Origin: Octopus bimaculoides
Taxonomy: Eukaryota
Assembly (NCBI RefSeq): GCF_001194135.2
Contig: NC_068987.1
Coordinates: forward strand, 106,784,851 to 106,848,850
Length of the DNA: 64,000 nt
Reading direction: 5' to 3'
Positions 50,919 through 62,857 of this stretch are shown piece by piece; within the stretch, counting starts at the first letter, position 1; the number at the start of each line of letters is the position of its first letter. The position numbers and the translations under genes are program-made. The notes beneath the pieces were generated by a model. The model did not search any database, was not told the DNA's origin, and worked only from the letters and a program-made list of their open reading frames with translations.

Positions 50919-53900
50919 GGAGAGAGTGTAGTACATAGTTTTCAAATCTCTAATTGAAGAGAAAATGTTGCTTCTTCTCTCGATAAGTATAGATATTAGC
51001 GAGAGAAATATGGGGTAACTTTTAGAAATTTACCACGAAATACAGCAAGGAGCCCTTGAACTACTTAAAAGAAATATGGATAAAGTGTATATCGGCAGAC
51101 AGTGCTTGTATTTTACTCAGATGTTGTTGCAAATGGATTACAGTTTCAAAATTTCCGTCTTTTTATGGACATGTGCTGTGCCTTTACTTATAGGAGAGTT
51201 GCATTTGACTTGTGAAAGATTTGCTTGCTCTTTTTCGCATGCTACTGTTTCTCACGTGACTGTGTAACATAGTGGCCCTCCTGCTGGCTGACTCGTTTGC
51301 AGCTCTGAGCTTGGTTGAAACAACTACGATTTATGGTAGCAATCTTTTACTGATGACAATAGCCATACATCTTATGCAAAACTTCCAGATGCATTTTAGA
51401 ACATGGTGACATGTTCTTCTATTTTACTATTTTAGTATACCTAGCATACTATCTGTTCATTGTGTTACAGATTAACGTTGTTTATATAACCTCATGCACC
51501 AGAGCATTCCCGTATTTCATGGCGAAATTGCATGATAAATCTACTGGTTGTAACTTCGTTTATCACAACCTCTATTATTCCATAGACCGCATAAGTTGCG
51601 AAGATAATGAAGAAATTTTAAAAGCTGTAAAAAAAGGAGGGAAAAAGACAAAAACAACACTTTTAAGTTATCCCTTATTGCGTTAGTCATATCTATGCCA
51701 GGCACAAAAACTATCTATATTTCAGTATTTCAGTTGAGAACATGCATACACCCGTACGAGTTTGTCATAACAGATAGTATTGCATTGTTAATTTGAAGTT
51801 CGGATTTTCCTCGACTGGAAACGCTGGTCAGTCTAGCCCATTGGGGTGGGAAAAATGCAGAGTACGTGCAGAGTACATTAAAGTGGCGTTTTACTATTAA
51901 ACTTCGCAAATGCAGGGTAGAGATCTTAATTACTTTGAAAGACTCTGAGAACAAAGATCGATGCACCGTAATACGTTTGAGAGTATATTGATCGAGTCTC
52001 AAACGGCTCAAATGGGTTTAAGTGAGATAGCTGACATAATGGCCACAAAATCCAAGTTTCACACCGGAAGTGGGTCCACTATCTCACCAGCCTGTAAAAA
52101 TATGCTGAAAACCATGGGGGGGGGGGAGACTACAGAAGGTATTAGCAAAACTTTCAATTGATACAAACCACACAAAACACTTAGATCTAAGAAATGATCC
52201 CTACTTTAGCTAATCAACTGACAATGCTGGAAGAAAACGTTGACTGCTATTTCCGTCATTGAGCAAACAAAATTGCAACTGTAGTCAAAAAGACTTCATA
52301 ACTAATCTTTTCAATATCGGGATTCAGTTGTCTGAAGAGGAAATGGCAACCGGTTTTAATAGTCGCAGGCTTACAACAAAATACTCGTAGATATAATGAC
52401 CCGACGTAGCTAATAAATTGCTATTAGTCTTGTTGCAATTTTCTGTTCCCTATGTGAGTACAATACCAGCAAAAAATAATCTATACAAAAAGAAGTGAAA
52501 GAAATTCGCTGCTTTTATATTGATATGAGGGTATACTTAACCCACATGTTGAAGCAATGGCAAAAAAAAAAGAAACATCAGACTCAAGTTACTCAGTAAT
52601 CAATCTCCATGATAGGATACTACAAAGAAAGACGTTCATAGCTGTGGTGTTTAACAATCTGATGTTTTTGCAATAATATCTAAAATTGTATATTTTTAGG
52701 TAATTTTAAAATTACGTACTTGGTTTTCCAAGACATTTCTATCTGCTCCTAGATGTGTTATCAGAACAAAAAAGGGCCGAGAACATAGAACATAAGGAAA
52801 GATCGAAATCCTTTCAAAAGTGAGCGATGGAGTCCGTTGAATAAGAATAAGAAAAAAGAAGTAAAGAGTGTGGCAGATGCATAGATAAGATCGACAAGGT
52901 GTCGCTATAATATTATAAGTTGAGACCGAACAGTGTTTTAAGGAAGGACGATGTGCAGCAGAATTAAATGCCAAAGAATGATAAATGCTATAAAAAGAAA
53001 AGTTGAGAATGAATAGGAATTGTTGACCAGTCCTCTGTTAGGCATAAGTGATTGGATGTCAAGGTGTCAACACATTAGAAACCATCCGATGTGGAAAATC
53101 ATGACAGCCTCAGCAGAACATTAAGAAAAGAAAGTAAGTAAAGCTGATAGGCAAAGGCGATCTTATAAGGAGTGGGGATTAAATAGTAGCGGAAGTAATT
53201 AAGAAATATTTATAATGACGAAGATAAATATTAAATAAAGTCTAAAGGACATAAACTCATACGGTTATTAGATCTTATAACAGACAATGCTAAGGGTAAA
53301 GTCTATTAATTAGAAGACTTTACTAGAACATGTCAGTATAAAAGAAGTAGAAAGAAGTAGAACATATTGCCCTGAGACAAATAAGATAAATACTTTTTGA
53401 AGATTCGAAGTCGGCTAGAGATAATATAGCTGGTATTTAGGAGTTCAAAAGAGTGTGGACGTCCGCTTAAAATCCGGATGGACTCTATAGAGAGACAAGT
53501 GAAGTTCATCGTTGTAAAAGCGGCCTCTTCGTTTTAATAATGGACAGAGTAATGTTTTAATAGTGGACAAAGTAAGGGAAGTTTATGTTCATTAGCTAAA
53601 GTATGTGATTAGGTAAGGGAGTGGAACATTTATGTTTAGAAGGGGAAAATGAAAGAATGTCTCATTTAAACACAAAACTTCGAAATGTATATGTATACAA
53701 ATATTTGTATATAAGCATTTATATATATATATGTATGTGTGTGTGTGTGTNNNNNNNNNNNNNNNNNNNNNNNNNNNNNNNNNNNNNNNNNNNNNNNNNN
53801 NNNNNNNNNNNNNNNNNNNNNNNNNNNNNNNNNNNNNNNNNNNNNNNNNNNNNNNNNNNNNNNNNNNNNNNNNNNNNNTATATATATATATATGTATATA

Positions 53901-54439
53901 TATTTATGTATATATATATACATATATATATATGTATGTGTGTGTGTGTGTGTGTTTGTGCTTGTATTATTACACACGAAAACGTGTATATGCGTACATG
54001 TATATGGATATAAAAATGTATGAGAAGAGAGAGAGAGAAAGATGCATAAATATATGTGTTTGCGTATGTGTGCGCGTGCGTCTATTAATCACCACTATAT
54101 CTATTTATCTTCCAAACTGAGCAACCAACAACAAAAAATTAATTGAAAATGTGTTATTATATTAGTAATACTTATATTATATTAGTAATACTTATGCTAT
54201 ATTAACAGTGCGGATCAGAAAACATGCTCTATGACGCGAGTATTGAATTTCAGAGAACGATTTTGTCGAATTCCGCTTGCACTGAAAGTTTATTATAGCC
54301 TTGGCTGTGTGTGGTATACACACAGTGGATTCTAGGAAGTTTCATATTATTCGAAGAGGCCGTTATATCTGTTCTACATTATTGTATCTTTTCGTATGTC
54401 ATTATTACCCCACGAATAAGCTGACCTGCCAACATTGTT

Positions 54440-55045
54440 TTCTTCCAGATTGAAGGAGACGGCTGTGAAACCACCTTCAACGTACCCTACTTTGCAGATT
54501 GCAGTGGGGATGTTTGCAAACACGCTGTGCGAAAACGTTTTGTATTAAACTGAACAGAGATGCTTCACGAACTTAAAATATGCTTCATATTATATATGAT
54601 TTAAATTTCTCACTGGTACTAGCGGCTCAAGGAATGTAGAGAGGAAACAAGAGACGATGGGAAATATGTATGCAGTGCGGGGGACTATCAGTGTTGGGGA
54701 AATTTACAATTTTCTGAATGAAGACCATCGTGTCTCCATGAAAATCAATACGCATAGAGATCGGTGCAGCAATTGTACACATAATTATTCGCGAACAACT
54801 GAATATGTGCAAACTTGGGCAATATTTGTTCCCAGGTTGTTCAGTTACAGGCATACTGCGAACCAACTAAATAGAGATGGGCCTGAAAACTGCTCATTAT
54901 CCTCACTACAGTTCAGACCTAGGAAGTGAAAGGAGGCTGTGGTGACCACAGTCCTGAATATCTTGACTTTGGATTTCTTCTTTGAGGCCCTAACGAAGTG
55001 GTATCAATGCATTAAAAGGAGTACGTTGAAGTCAGACGATCCTAC
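54440..55045 (+). mobile_element. Highly degraded mariner transposase relic
   Basis: Fragments IGAAIVHIIIREQLNMCKL (the region before WVPR), GLKTAHYPHYSSDLG (for HPPYSPDLA) and KWYQCI..(G)EYVE appear in the expected order. Confidence 0.6.
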
Positions 55046-55107
55046 TTTGACAGAGATTAGTATTTTGTACACTTTTTAAAAAATCAATAAAAGTTTTAAG
55101 TAAATGT

Positions 55108-55263
55108 AGAAGAAGAAGAAGAAGAAGAAGAAGAAGAAGAAGAAGAAGAAGAAGAAGAAGAAGAAGAAGAAGAAGAAGATGATGATGAAGAAGAAGCAGA
55201 AGAAGAAGAAGAAGAAGAAGAAGAAGAAGAAGAAGAAGAAGAAGAAGAAGAAGAAGATGATGA
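55108..55263. repeat. (GAA)n microsatellite
   Basis: Read directly. Confidence 0.95.
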
Positions 55264-55297
55264 AGGACGTCTTAGTCTTCTTACTTCATTTAACGAC

Positions 55298-55418
55298 TCC
55301 AAAAAGGATAAAAGGTAAAGTTGACCTAAGCAAGATTCGAACTCAGAAGGCAGACGGTTAAAGCAAGTGATATAAAGCATTCCACCTGGTTGTCTAATGA
55401 CTGTCAATTAGCTGTCTA
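55298..55418 (-). mobile_element. SINE-B 5' fragment
   Basis: AAAGGATAAAAGGTAAAGTTGACC..GATTCGAACTCAGAA..AAGCATT matches the reverse complement of the SINE-B head. Confidence 0.7.
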
Positions 55419-56680
55419 TGAAAGCGGGAACACATTGTGTGCCATGTATCCTTCCATTTTATTTTAAAACGGTAGGGTGTCAAGTAAAGGAGATAGATTA
55501 TTTATGTGTGGAATCATACAAATTACGTAGAAATTGGTTTAGAAATGCAGTGAAATATTCGCACGCCTGTTATTGCAGACTTGGGATTTGTCCATTTGTC
55601 CATTTCATGATTAATTTCATCAATGATTCAATATTAGATGTTAACTGTTAGAAATCCATTCTAATATACTCATTTACAGCCAGGATATTGCTACTAAAGT
55701 GACGAGATATTTATTAATTTTCCTTTCCATCATATTATATAATGGAACAGAAAATGTTTTTAATTGAATTTTGAAAATTATTGTTGTTGCTGTTTCTGCT
55801 CCAGTTGTTGTTTGTTGTTGTTTTGTGTAGTCACAGGTCAGCCCTGATGAAGCTGGCCTAAGTCGAAACGATTTCTAACCTTGAAGGTACCTCCTTTTTA
55901 GAAGAATGTAAGGCTACATTTTTTTAGCGTTGCTTCCTACATATTTAAGACTGAAAGTACAGCAATTTGAGATGCATGCATTTATCTATTAATTTTAAGA
56001 TGTTGTGCACCGTTTAAGGACTTAAATTTCAAATATATATTGGTGAAGTGCAATATTTAGTACGGCAATCAAGAAACTTGAGAAACAATTGAATTTAAAT
56101 TACTCGTCGGTCAATATTTAAGTGCACCAATGCCCAACACCGATGCCCAGCGGAGCGACAATATGTGGGTTTTCAAGGCATCAAACTTTCCATGTACGCA
56201 TTGTTGGTGTGATGAGAAGGAATGCACAACACTATGTTTGTTATTGATATGCTTGCAGGACTTATTGGAACATTGTTGGGTTGGACACTGGAACACCTTG
56301 AGAAGTAATCTGAGGGATTTCCTATAAGGTTAACAGATTGCGTTGTTATTAGATGGTGGTGAGGTTATTTAAGGACCTATAACTCTGGACCTATGCAATC
56401 AGGTTCTTTATCATGCCTGAAATAGTGGCTAAAGTCGCCGTTCACTAATTACGTAACATTCAGGACAATATTGTACTTGCCACAACATATTGTATGTTGT
56501 TATCAGGTAGTTTAACCGTGGTCCAGACTTAAATGATAGAGCTAGTCTATGTCAAAGACATTTAAATGAAGGTGATATGTGTTTTGGTTTTTCAGCGAAT
56601 CTAATAGTCTGAGCTTTAAAGGAAAAATGGCTATGTGCGGAAAAAAATTGACATGGATATTTAGCAAGAATATTTCGCTC

Positions 56681-56720
<40 letters not shown>

Positions 56721-57426
56721 NNNNNNNNNNNNNNNNNNNNNNNNNNNNNNNNNNNNNNNNNNNNNNNNNNNNNNNNNNNNNNNNNNNNNNNNNNNNNNNN
56801 NNNNNNNNNNNNNNNNNNNNNNNNNNNNNNNNNNNNNNNNNNNNNNNNNNNNNNNNNNNNNNNNNNNNNNNNNNNNNNNNNNNNNNNNNNNNNNNNNNNN
56901 NNNNNNNNNNNNNNNNNNNNNNNNNNNNNNNNNNNNNNNNNNNNNNNNNNNNNNNNNNNNNNNNNNNNNNNNNNNNNNNNNNNNNNNNNNNNNNNNNNNN
57001 NNNNNNNNNNNNNNNNNNNNNNNNNNNNNNNNNNNNNNNNNNNNNNNNNNNNNNNNNNNNNNNNNNNNNNNNNNNNNNNNNNNNNNNNNNNNNNNNNNNN
57101 NNNNNNNNNNNNNNNNNNNNNNNNNNNNNNNNNNNNNNNNNNNNNNNNNNNNNNNNNNNNNNNNNNNNNNNNNNNNNNNNNNNNNNNNNNNNNNNNNNNN
57201 NNNNNNNNNNNNNNNNNNNNNNNNNNNNNNNNNNNNNNNNNNNNNNNNNNNNNNNNNNNNNNNNNNNNNNNNNNNNNNNNNNNNNNNNNNNNNNNNNNNN
57301 NNNNNNNNNNNNNNNNNNNNNNNNNNNNNNNNNNNNNNNNNNNNNNNNNNNNNNNNNNNNNNNNNNNNNNNNNNNNNNNNNNNNNNNNNNNNNNNNNNNN
57401 NNNNNNNNNNNNNNNNNNNNNNNNNN

Positions 57427-57459
<33 letters not shown>

Positions 57460-57465
57460 GTCGAT

Positions 57466-58230
57466 GATCCAAATACCAGAAACTCATGACTTATAGAACT
57501 CAAAAGATTTCTGCTCAAGCAAATTTACCCTCTCCTACTTATAGAAATCAGTATGCAACGAGCAAAAGAAATACATATAGAACAACTTAGATCAGCACGA
57601 AAACGACGAACCCATCAAAGGAACACGATGCCATTTCTTGTAACACACAATCCGCATCAGCAAAACTCTTTTAACATCACCAAAGCAAATTTGGCAATCG
57701 TAAAACAAAGTGAAAAGTTTTAAAAATACATAATAACTAATCTTAAGCAAAAGGCAACCACATAACCTCAAAACTCTATTGACAAAGTAAAATTCAGCAT
57801 CAATAAATGAGATAACACATTCACTGAATCCAAGTGTAATGATAACAGATGTGGAACCTGGCAATACATACATTCGGGTAGATCTATTAGAAAAAAAAAA
57901 TGGACAGATTTTCCCAAAGGGAGATATGAATTACAAAACCCAAAATTTGATATACTTCCTGAATTGCGAGGAATTATATGTAGGTGAGACAAGGAATGCA
58001 TTATCGGAACGCTCACGAGTCAACAGACAACAATCCGAACACCAATGTTCTCCAAAATTCATTGAGAGAACATGTAGAGACATATGGTCAGAAAATGTTT
58101 CTATTTTTTTTCCTTTCAACAGACTACATGACAGAAGTGAGGTTCGAAGAAAGATAAATGAAAAACAGTTTATCAGAATGTTCAAACCTATTCGGAACGG
58201 GAATAACAGCAATCATATGACAAACAGTTA
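57466..58230 (+). mobile_element. Penelope-like retroelement relic, lineage 1 (RT C-terminus + GIY-YIG endonuclease)
   Basis: Reads DPNTRNS*LIELKRFLLKQIYP, then PFLVTHNP, SKCNDNRCGTW, DMNYKTQNLIYFLNCEELYVGETRNALSERSRVNRQQ and FFPF..RRKINEKQFIRMFKP. Colinear with 18960-19860. Confidence 0.9.
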
Positions 58231-58388
58231 AACATGTGGATTAATAAATCTAATCAAGTTACGCCTGGCAAAACGTGATGTTTAAGAGCATGCGGATTGG
58301 TCTAAAAAGTATTCTAAAACTTCAGCTGGTCGGAGCGTTCTGACAGATACTAAAGTTGTCAAGAACTCAAATGATAATTAAGCACGTT

Positions 58389-58430
58389 TGGAATCTGATG
58401 AGTTCATTAGGTATGAAAGCGCTAATTTTG
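58389..58430 (+). ncRNA. Minimal type I hammerhead ribozyme in the PLE 3' region
   Basis: TGGAAT-CTGATGA-GTTCATTAGGTAT-GAA-AGCGCT-A-ATTTTG. The core is intact, stem III is the perfect palindrome AGCGCT, UH = UA, and stem I is 6 bp (3 wobble). Stem II is weak. It lies about 160 nt after the GIY-YIG ORF stop. Confidence 0.7.
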
Positions 58431-59823
58431 TTAAAATACCATTATGTTATTCAANNNNNNNNNNNNNNNNNNNNNNNNNNNNNNNNNNNNNNNNNNNNNN
58501 NNNNNNNNNNNNNNNNNNNNNNNNNNNNNNNNNNNNNNNNNNNNNNNNNNNNNNNNNNNNNNNNNNNNNNNNNNNNNNNNNNNNNNNNNNNNNNNNNNNN
58601 NNNNNNNNNNNNNNNNNNNNNNNTATATATATATATATATATATATATGTCTTGTGCAACCCTTTAAACACATCCATCCTTTCTCCCCATTCTTTTTTTT
58701 ATACTGCACACTCTAACTGTTTGTCTGATCTTGTATTACCTCCTCGCACTGTACCCGTCACAATTATTCTAAGCACATATAATCCACATTCTAACCATTT
58801 CCCGGATCATTCCTCTACAGTAAGTATCTTTTCCGGAATTTTCTTCACGTCTATGGTTCTCTTTCACCCATTGAATCCAAGATACTTAAGAAGAATATCT
58901 GCCATGCTAAAGTAATCTCTTAGTGTCCATGGCTGATGCAAAGCGAAACACTCCTGTGGTCTTTAGTCTCAGCACAGATCAAGTTTATTTGTAATCAAAT
59001 GTACTTCACCTATAACCATCAACTCGATCTGTTTGGGACGGATTATGCCCAACAGCTTTCCGGGCTGATAGTTTGAACTTCAGCGTGTCATTTTCCTATG
59101 TGCAAAAACACAAATACTTAATTTTAAAATATCCTTATTTTAAGATGGTATCAAAATGTTATGCCTTGTACTTAAATCAAGAATAATTTTTATTATTCTC
59201 TTAGCATCCGTTCACTTCAAACCGAGCGCAGTTCTGTCTAATTTGGGTACATACCTTGTTTTATTTTCAGCTTCATAGCGTTGTATTCTACTAATATTTC
59301 TCCAGTACCTGGCAGAGCTATTTTCTGTTTGTTGAGTATATATGTATGTCCTTGTTATTTGGTAATGTATTTGTCACGGTATCTTCCTTCGGTATCAATA
59401 AAATAAATAACAGTGATGTCTCTCGTATCATTTATCTTCAGCGTGCCCAACCTCACTGACAAATATGAAATAAAGTGCGCCTTTGTTGCTATCTCAGAAA
59501 TCCTCATTATTCCCGTTAATATTTTTAAGTAGACTTTATCTTATTACGTACTTGTTTCTATATAAGCGAATATATGTGTGTCATTGGTAAATAAACAGTG
59601 CTTTATTCCTTTTTAGTTTTGTTGTTTTGTTTTCCTACTTGCTATTATTTCCAGTAATTTATATATTATTGCTTTATATTACATGGTGTGTGCGTGTTTA
59701 TACAGATACATACACACACACACACACACACACACNNNNNNNNNNNNNNNNNNNNNNNNNNNNNNNNNNNNNNNNNNNNNNNNNNNNNNNNNNNNNNNNN
59801 NNNNNNNNNNNNNNNNNNNNNNN

Positions 59824-59866
<43 letters not shown>

Positions 59867-60814
59867 ACTATCTGAAACTATCATTTGTTCGCATGTTTCC
59901 TCTGTATGTTCAAGAAATTCTGTTATGCATGTATCCTTGCATATATTTTTTCCTTTATATCCTGTAGTGAGAGGCGATTATTTCTTCTATACTAACATGC
60001 TTGGAACACCAATTATTATGAGAATTGTTTCTGTTTTCAATTCCCATGGTATAAACGAATATATTTCCAGCTCTTTATATTTATCTAATTTCCTGAGTTC
60101 GCCTAGATAGCTGTTATCGTCTATTGCGATTACAGAATATATCAGGAGACGCTTTTTTAATGTTTTTTTTTTCTTTTCGCTTTGTCTCTAAGAATAATAT
60201 CCAATCGATTATTCTTACATTCTTTCTATTACTATTAATGGATAATTCTCTGAGTATGGTCACTTTTTAAGGTGTATTCTTATCTTTGTGAAGGTTTCAT
60301 AATATCGTTGCTTTTTTTTAATTTCTACACGCTTCTTACTATTATGGACATTTACAGAACATTGCTTTATACTAATCATTCAGAAATGTCATGACTGATT
60401 GTCTTGTTATGAGGACAGATTACTGCAAATCTACTCTTTAAAATACACACAAGCTAAGCAATCTCGCGTCACATTTCAGAGATATAACTGTTACCATTGA
60501 AATATATTCGTGTTAAGTTGGAAACCTGCTCGTTTTAACTCGTCCTAGTTCGCTGGTGCGACTGAGACGGTTGGCTGTCAGCCTGGATATCAACCGTTCT
60601 ACATTGGCCAGAGATACTTGATTCGATTTCATACCACATTCAATGGAGTGAGAACTATGAAAGACGTCACAGTTCTCGCCAATAGACATATACTGGGTGG
60701 CTTATTTGCCCTAAAACTCAATACATAGGCTTTCGACAAGAACTTTCAGCTCTCCAATATTAATATGTGGATCAAGTTTATAGTCCAGCAATTAATATAC
60801 GGGGATGCTACGCA

Positions 60815-61678
60815 TACGAGAGGTTACCCAAAATAAACTGGTATTTTGCAATATTATTTTACATACTTAGAATTACCCTTTTATCCACTTCAAAGGATTC
60901 TCGATTGGAAGCAATGCATCGGTCCAGCGGCGTTTTCCTCAGTTCGAAGCAGTGCGTGAACTTTTGCAAAGTGATGCCTTTTAACTCCTCCGTCGTTTTC
61001 TTCTTCACTTCTTCGCTTCCACATCTGCACATTCCGCAGCACCAGCTTTTGACACCAGTGATGAGCTTCGAAAAAAAGGTCCAGCTGATTTCTTCAGTTC
61101 TCGACTCACATTCAGTCGTGACTGCTTTTGATCTGCCATGAACAAGCAAAGCAAACATTTTGTTGCAACTGTTTTCATTCACAGTTTCTCGCTAAAACTT
61201 AGTTGACAGGAGCTCCATCACACACCAGTCATAACAAAAGGTTTGTCAATTATTCGGTGATGTTCCTTCAAGAACAGTTCATGAATTTCCATGATGTTTT
61301 CTTTCGTTCGGATGGTTAACGGTTGCTCTGAACGAGGTTGCTCTTCAAGCGACAATTATCCATTCCTAAAGCTTGAAAATCACTCGTAAACTTGTGTTTT
61401 GCTCATGACAGCGTACTTGTAAGCTACTAGAAGCATGACAGCTGTTTCGTTTACCGTTTTCCCAGCAGAAAACAGAATTTCACGGAAGTACGCTGTTCCT
61501 TCGTTTCAGCCATCGCAAAAATAGATGAATAGGAGAGAAGCACTGTGAAAGAAGGACACACCACTTGGCAGTACGGCCCCACTGAACGACGCCGATCAGC
61601 ATAAGGATGCGTGAGGGCTGCATCAAGTGGCTTCTAGAAGGAACGTTTCCTGTTATTTACTTTTGGATAACCCACGTA
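60815..61678 (-). mobile_element. Mariner-family element with both TIRs and a large internal deletion
   Basis: TIRs are TA-CGAGAGGTTACCCAAAATAAA (60815) and TTTACTTTTGGATAACCCACG-TA (61678). From the ATG at 61513 it reads MAETKEQRTSVKFCFLLGK..SKTQVYE*F..F.NG..SLEEQPRS..FSKLITGVKSWC, joined directly to EVKKKTTEELKGITLQKFTHCFE..LDRCIASN..FEVDK. Confidence 0.92.
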
Positions 61679-61899
61679 TTGGACTGTAGCCAAAATTTCA
61701 AAAATCAAGTTCACAATGAGTTACCTCTTGTTACGTTTCTTTCTAGCAAATCAGTTCAACTATTGTTAGATCAATCATTCAACCTAATTTACAACAAAGT
61801 TATTGACTTCGGTTAATTACAATTCTGCTTGCTGTCATGGACTTTATTTTCAGATTCCTTCTGCTTCTGATGTTAATATTAGCTTCAAATTCTGTCACA

Positions 61900-62094
61900 A
61901 GGATAGCAATTTCAGGGAAGATGAGAAGTCAATGACATCGACTTCAATGCTCCAATGGTACTTATTTTATGAATCCCGAAAGGACGAAAGGCAAAATATA
62001 CCTCGGGGTAATTTGTAATTTAAACGTAAGGACGGACGAAATCTCGCTGAGCATTTCGACTGGCATGTTAACAATTCTGCTAGCTCGCCTCGCT
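61900..62094 (-). mobile_element. SINE-B
   Basis: GTACTTATTTTATGAATCCCGAAAGGACGAAAGGCAAA..GGACGGACGAAATCTCGCTGAGCATTTCG..AATTCTGCTAGCTCGCC. Confidence 0.85.
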
Positions 62095-62589
62095 GTTGAT
62101 GTTAATTTTATTAAACATAGTTCAATTGAGAGGTTTGGAGCCAGAACTCCCAAGGTTTCTCAAGTGTTATATCATTTGTATATTTAAGATGATAGACTGT
62201 AATTTGATGCAGTTTATTTGTTACTTTTGACCGTTAAAGCGGCGTCAATAGCTAAGTAAATTAACTTTCGTTTCAAAAATTTCAATAAACTCTTTTCTTT
62301 ACTTTTTCCGGATATGATAACATCATGAATACCTAAATGTTTACAAATCTCAACTGTTATTTTGACGAGTTATATCTACTTATCACCCGAAGAGGCACAT
62401 CTGCACCGCCGAATGCTTCTGAACCAGTTGTTAGGTATCCCACTCGCGAGGGATCGATGCTAGATGTATGGAAACAATTGTAGCTAGATGCTCGATGTAT
62501 GGAAACAGCTGTCTTTCATCTCCAATATGCATAACGAACACTGAAAGTGTCCGTGCTTTACCAGCAAGCTAGTAGGTATAAAACATTCG

Positions 62590-62590
<1 letters not shown>

Positions 62591-62664
<74 letters not shown>

Positions 62665-62764
62665 GAGTGAGAGAGCAGTGCATGCCATCACAATGACACG
62701 GGTCAAATATACGAAACCCCATATACCCATCATGACTACCCGTCTGATAAGGGTACACCAGGCA

Positions 62765-62845
<81 letters not shown>

Positions 62846-62847
62846 TA
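62591..62847 (-). repeat. About 100-bp unique segment embedded in (TAA)n; probably a retroelement 3' end with a TAA tail
   Basis: (TTA)n at 62591-62664 and 62766-62847 flank GAGTGAGAGAGCAGTGCATGCC..GGGTACACCAGGCACA. Read on the minus strand, the segment ends ...CTCTCTCACTC-(AAT)n. The element identity is an inference. Confidence 0.5.
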
Positions 62848-62857
62848 TATATGTATA

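Noticed and set aside
51730-53640. GC-richer stretch with short ORFs, possibly an old LINE or LTR relic
   Set aside because: I could not read any convincing RT, endonuclease or integrase motif in any frame.
55844-55875. CTGATGA-AGCTGGCCTAAGTC-GAAA-CGAT hammerhead-like core
   Set aside because: Stem I does not pair and stem III is neither palindromic nor a hairpin; likely coincidental.
56110-56330. Cys-rich short ORF (CTHCWCDEKEC) or possible second RLE fragment
   Set aside because: The motifs are too weak in all frames, and there is no support for an exon or a zinc finger.
58933-58962. CTGATGC-AAAGC-GAAA-CAC-TCCT-GTG-GTC
   Set aside because: A9 is substituted, there is no stem II and stem I is poor.
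494-60110. Long ORFs in the supplied track that consist of X runs or YI/CV/ER/LS/N/I repeats
   Set aside because: They arise from N gaps and from di-, tri- and tetranucleotide microsatellites; they are not coding evidence.
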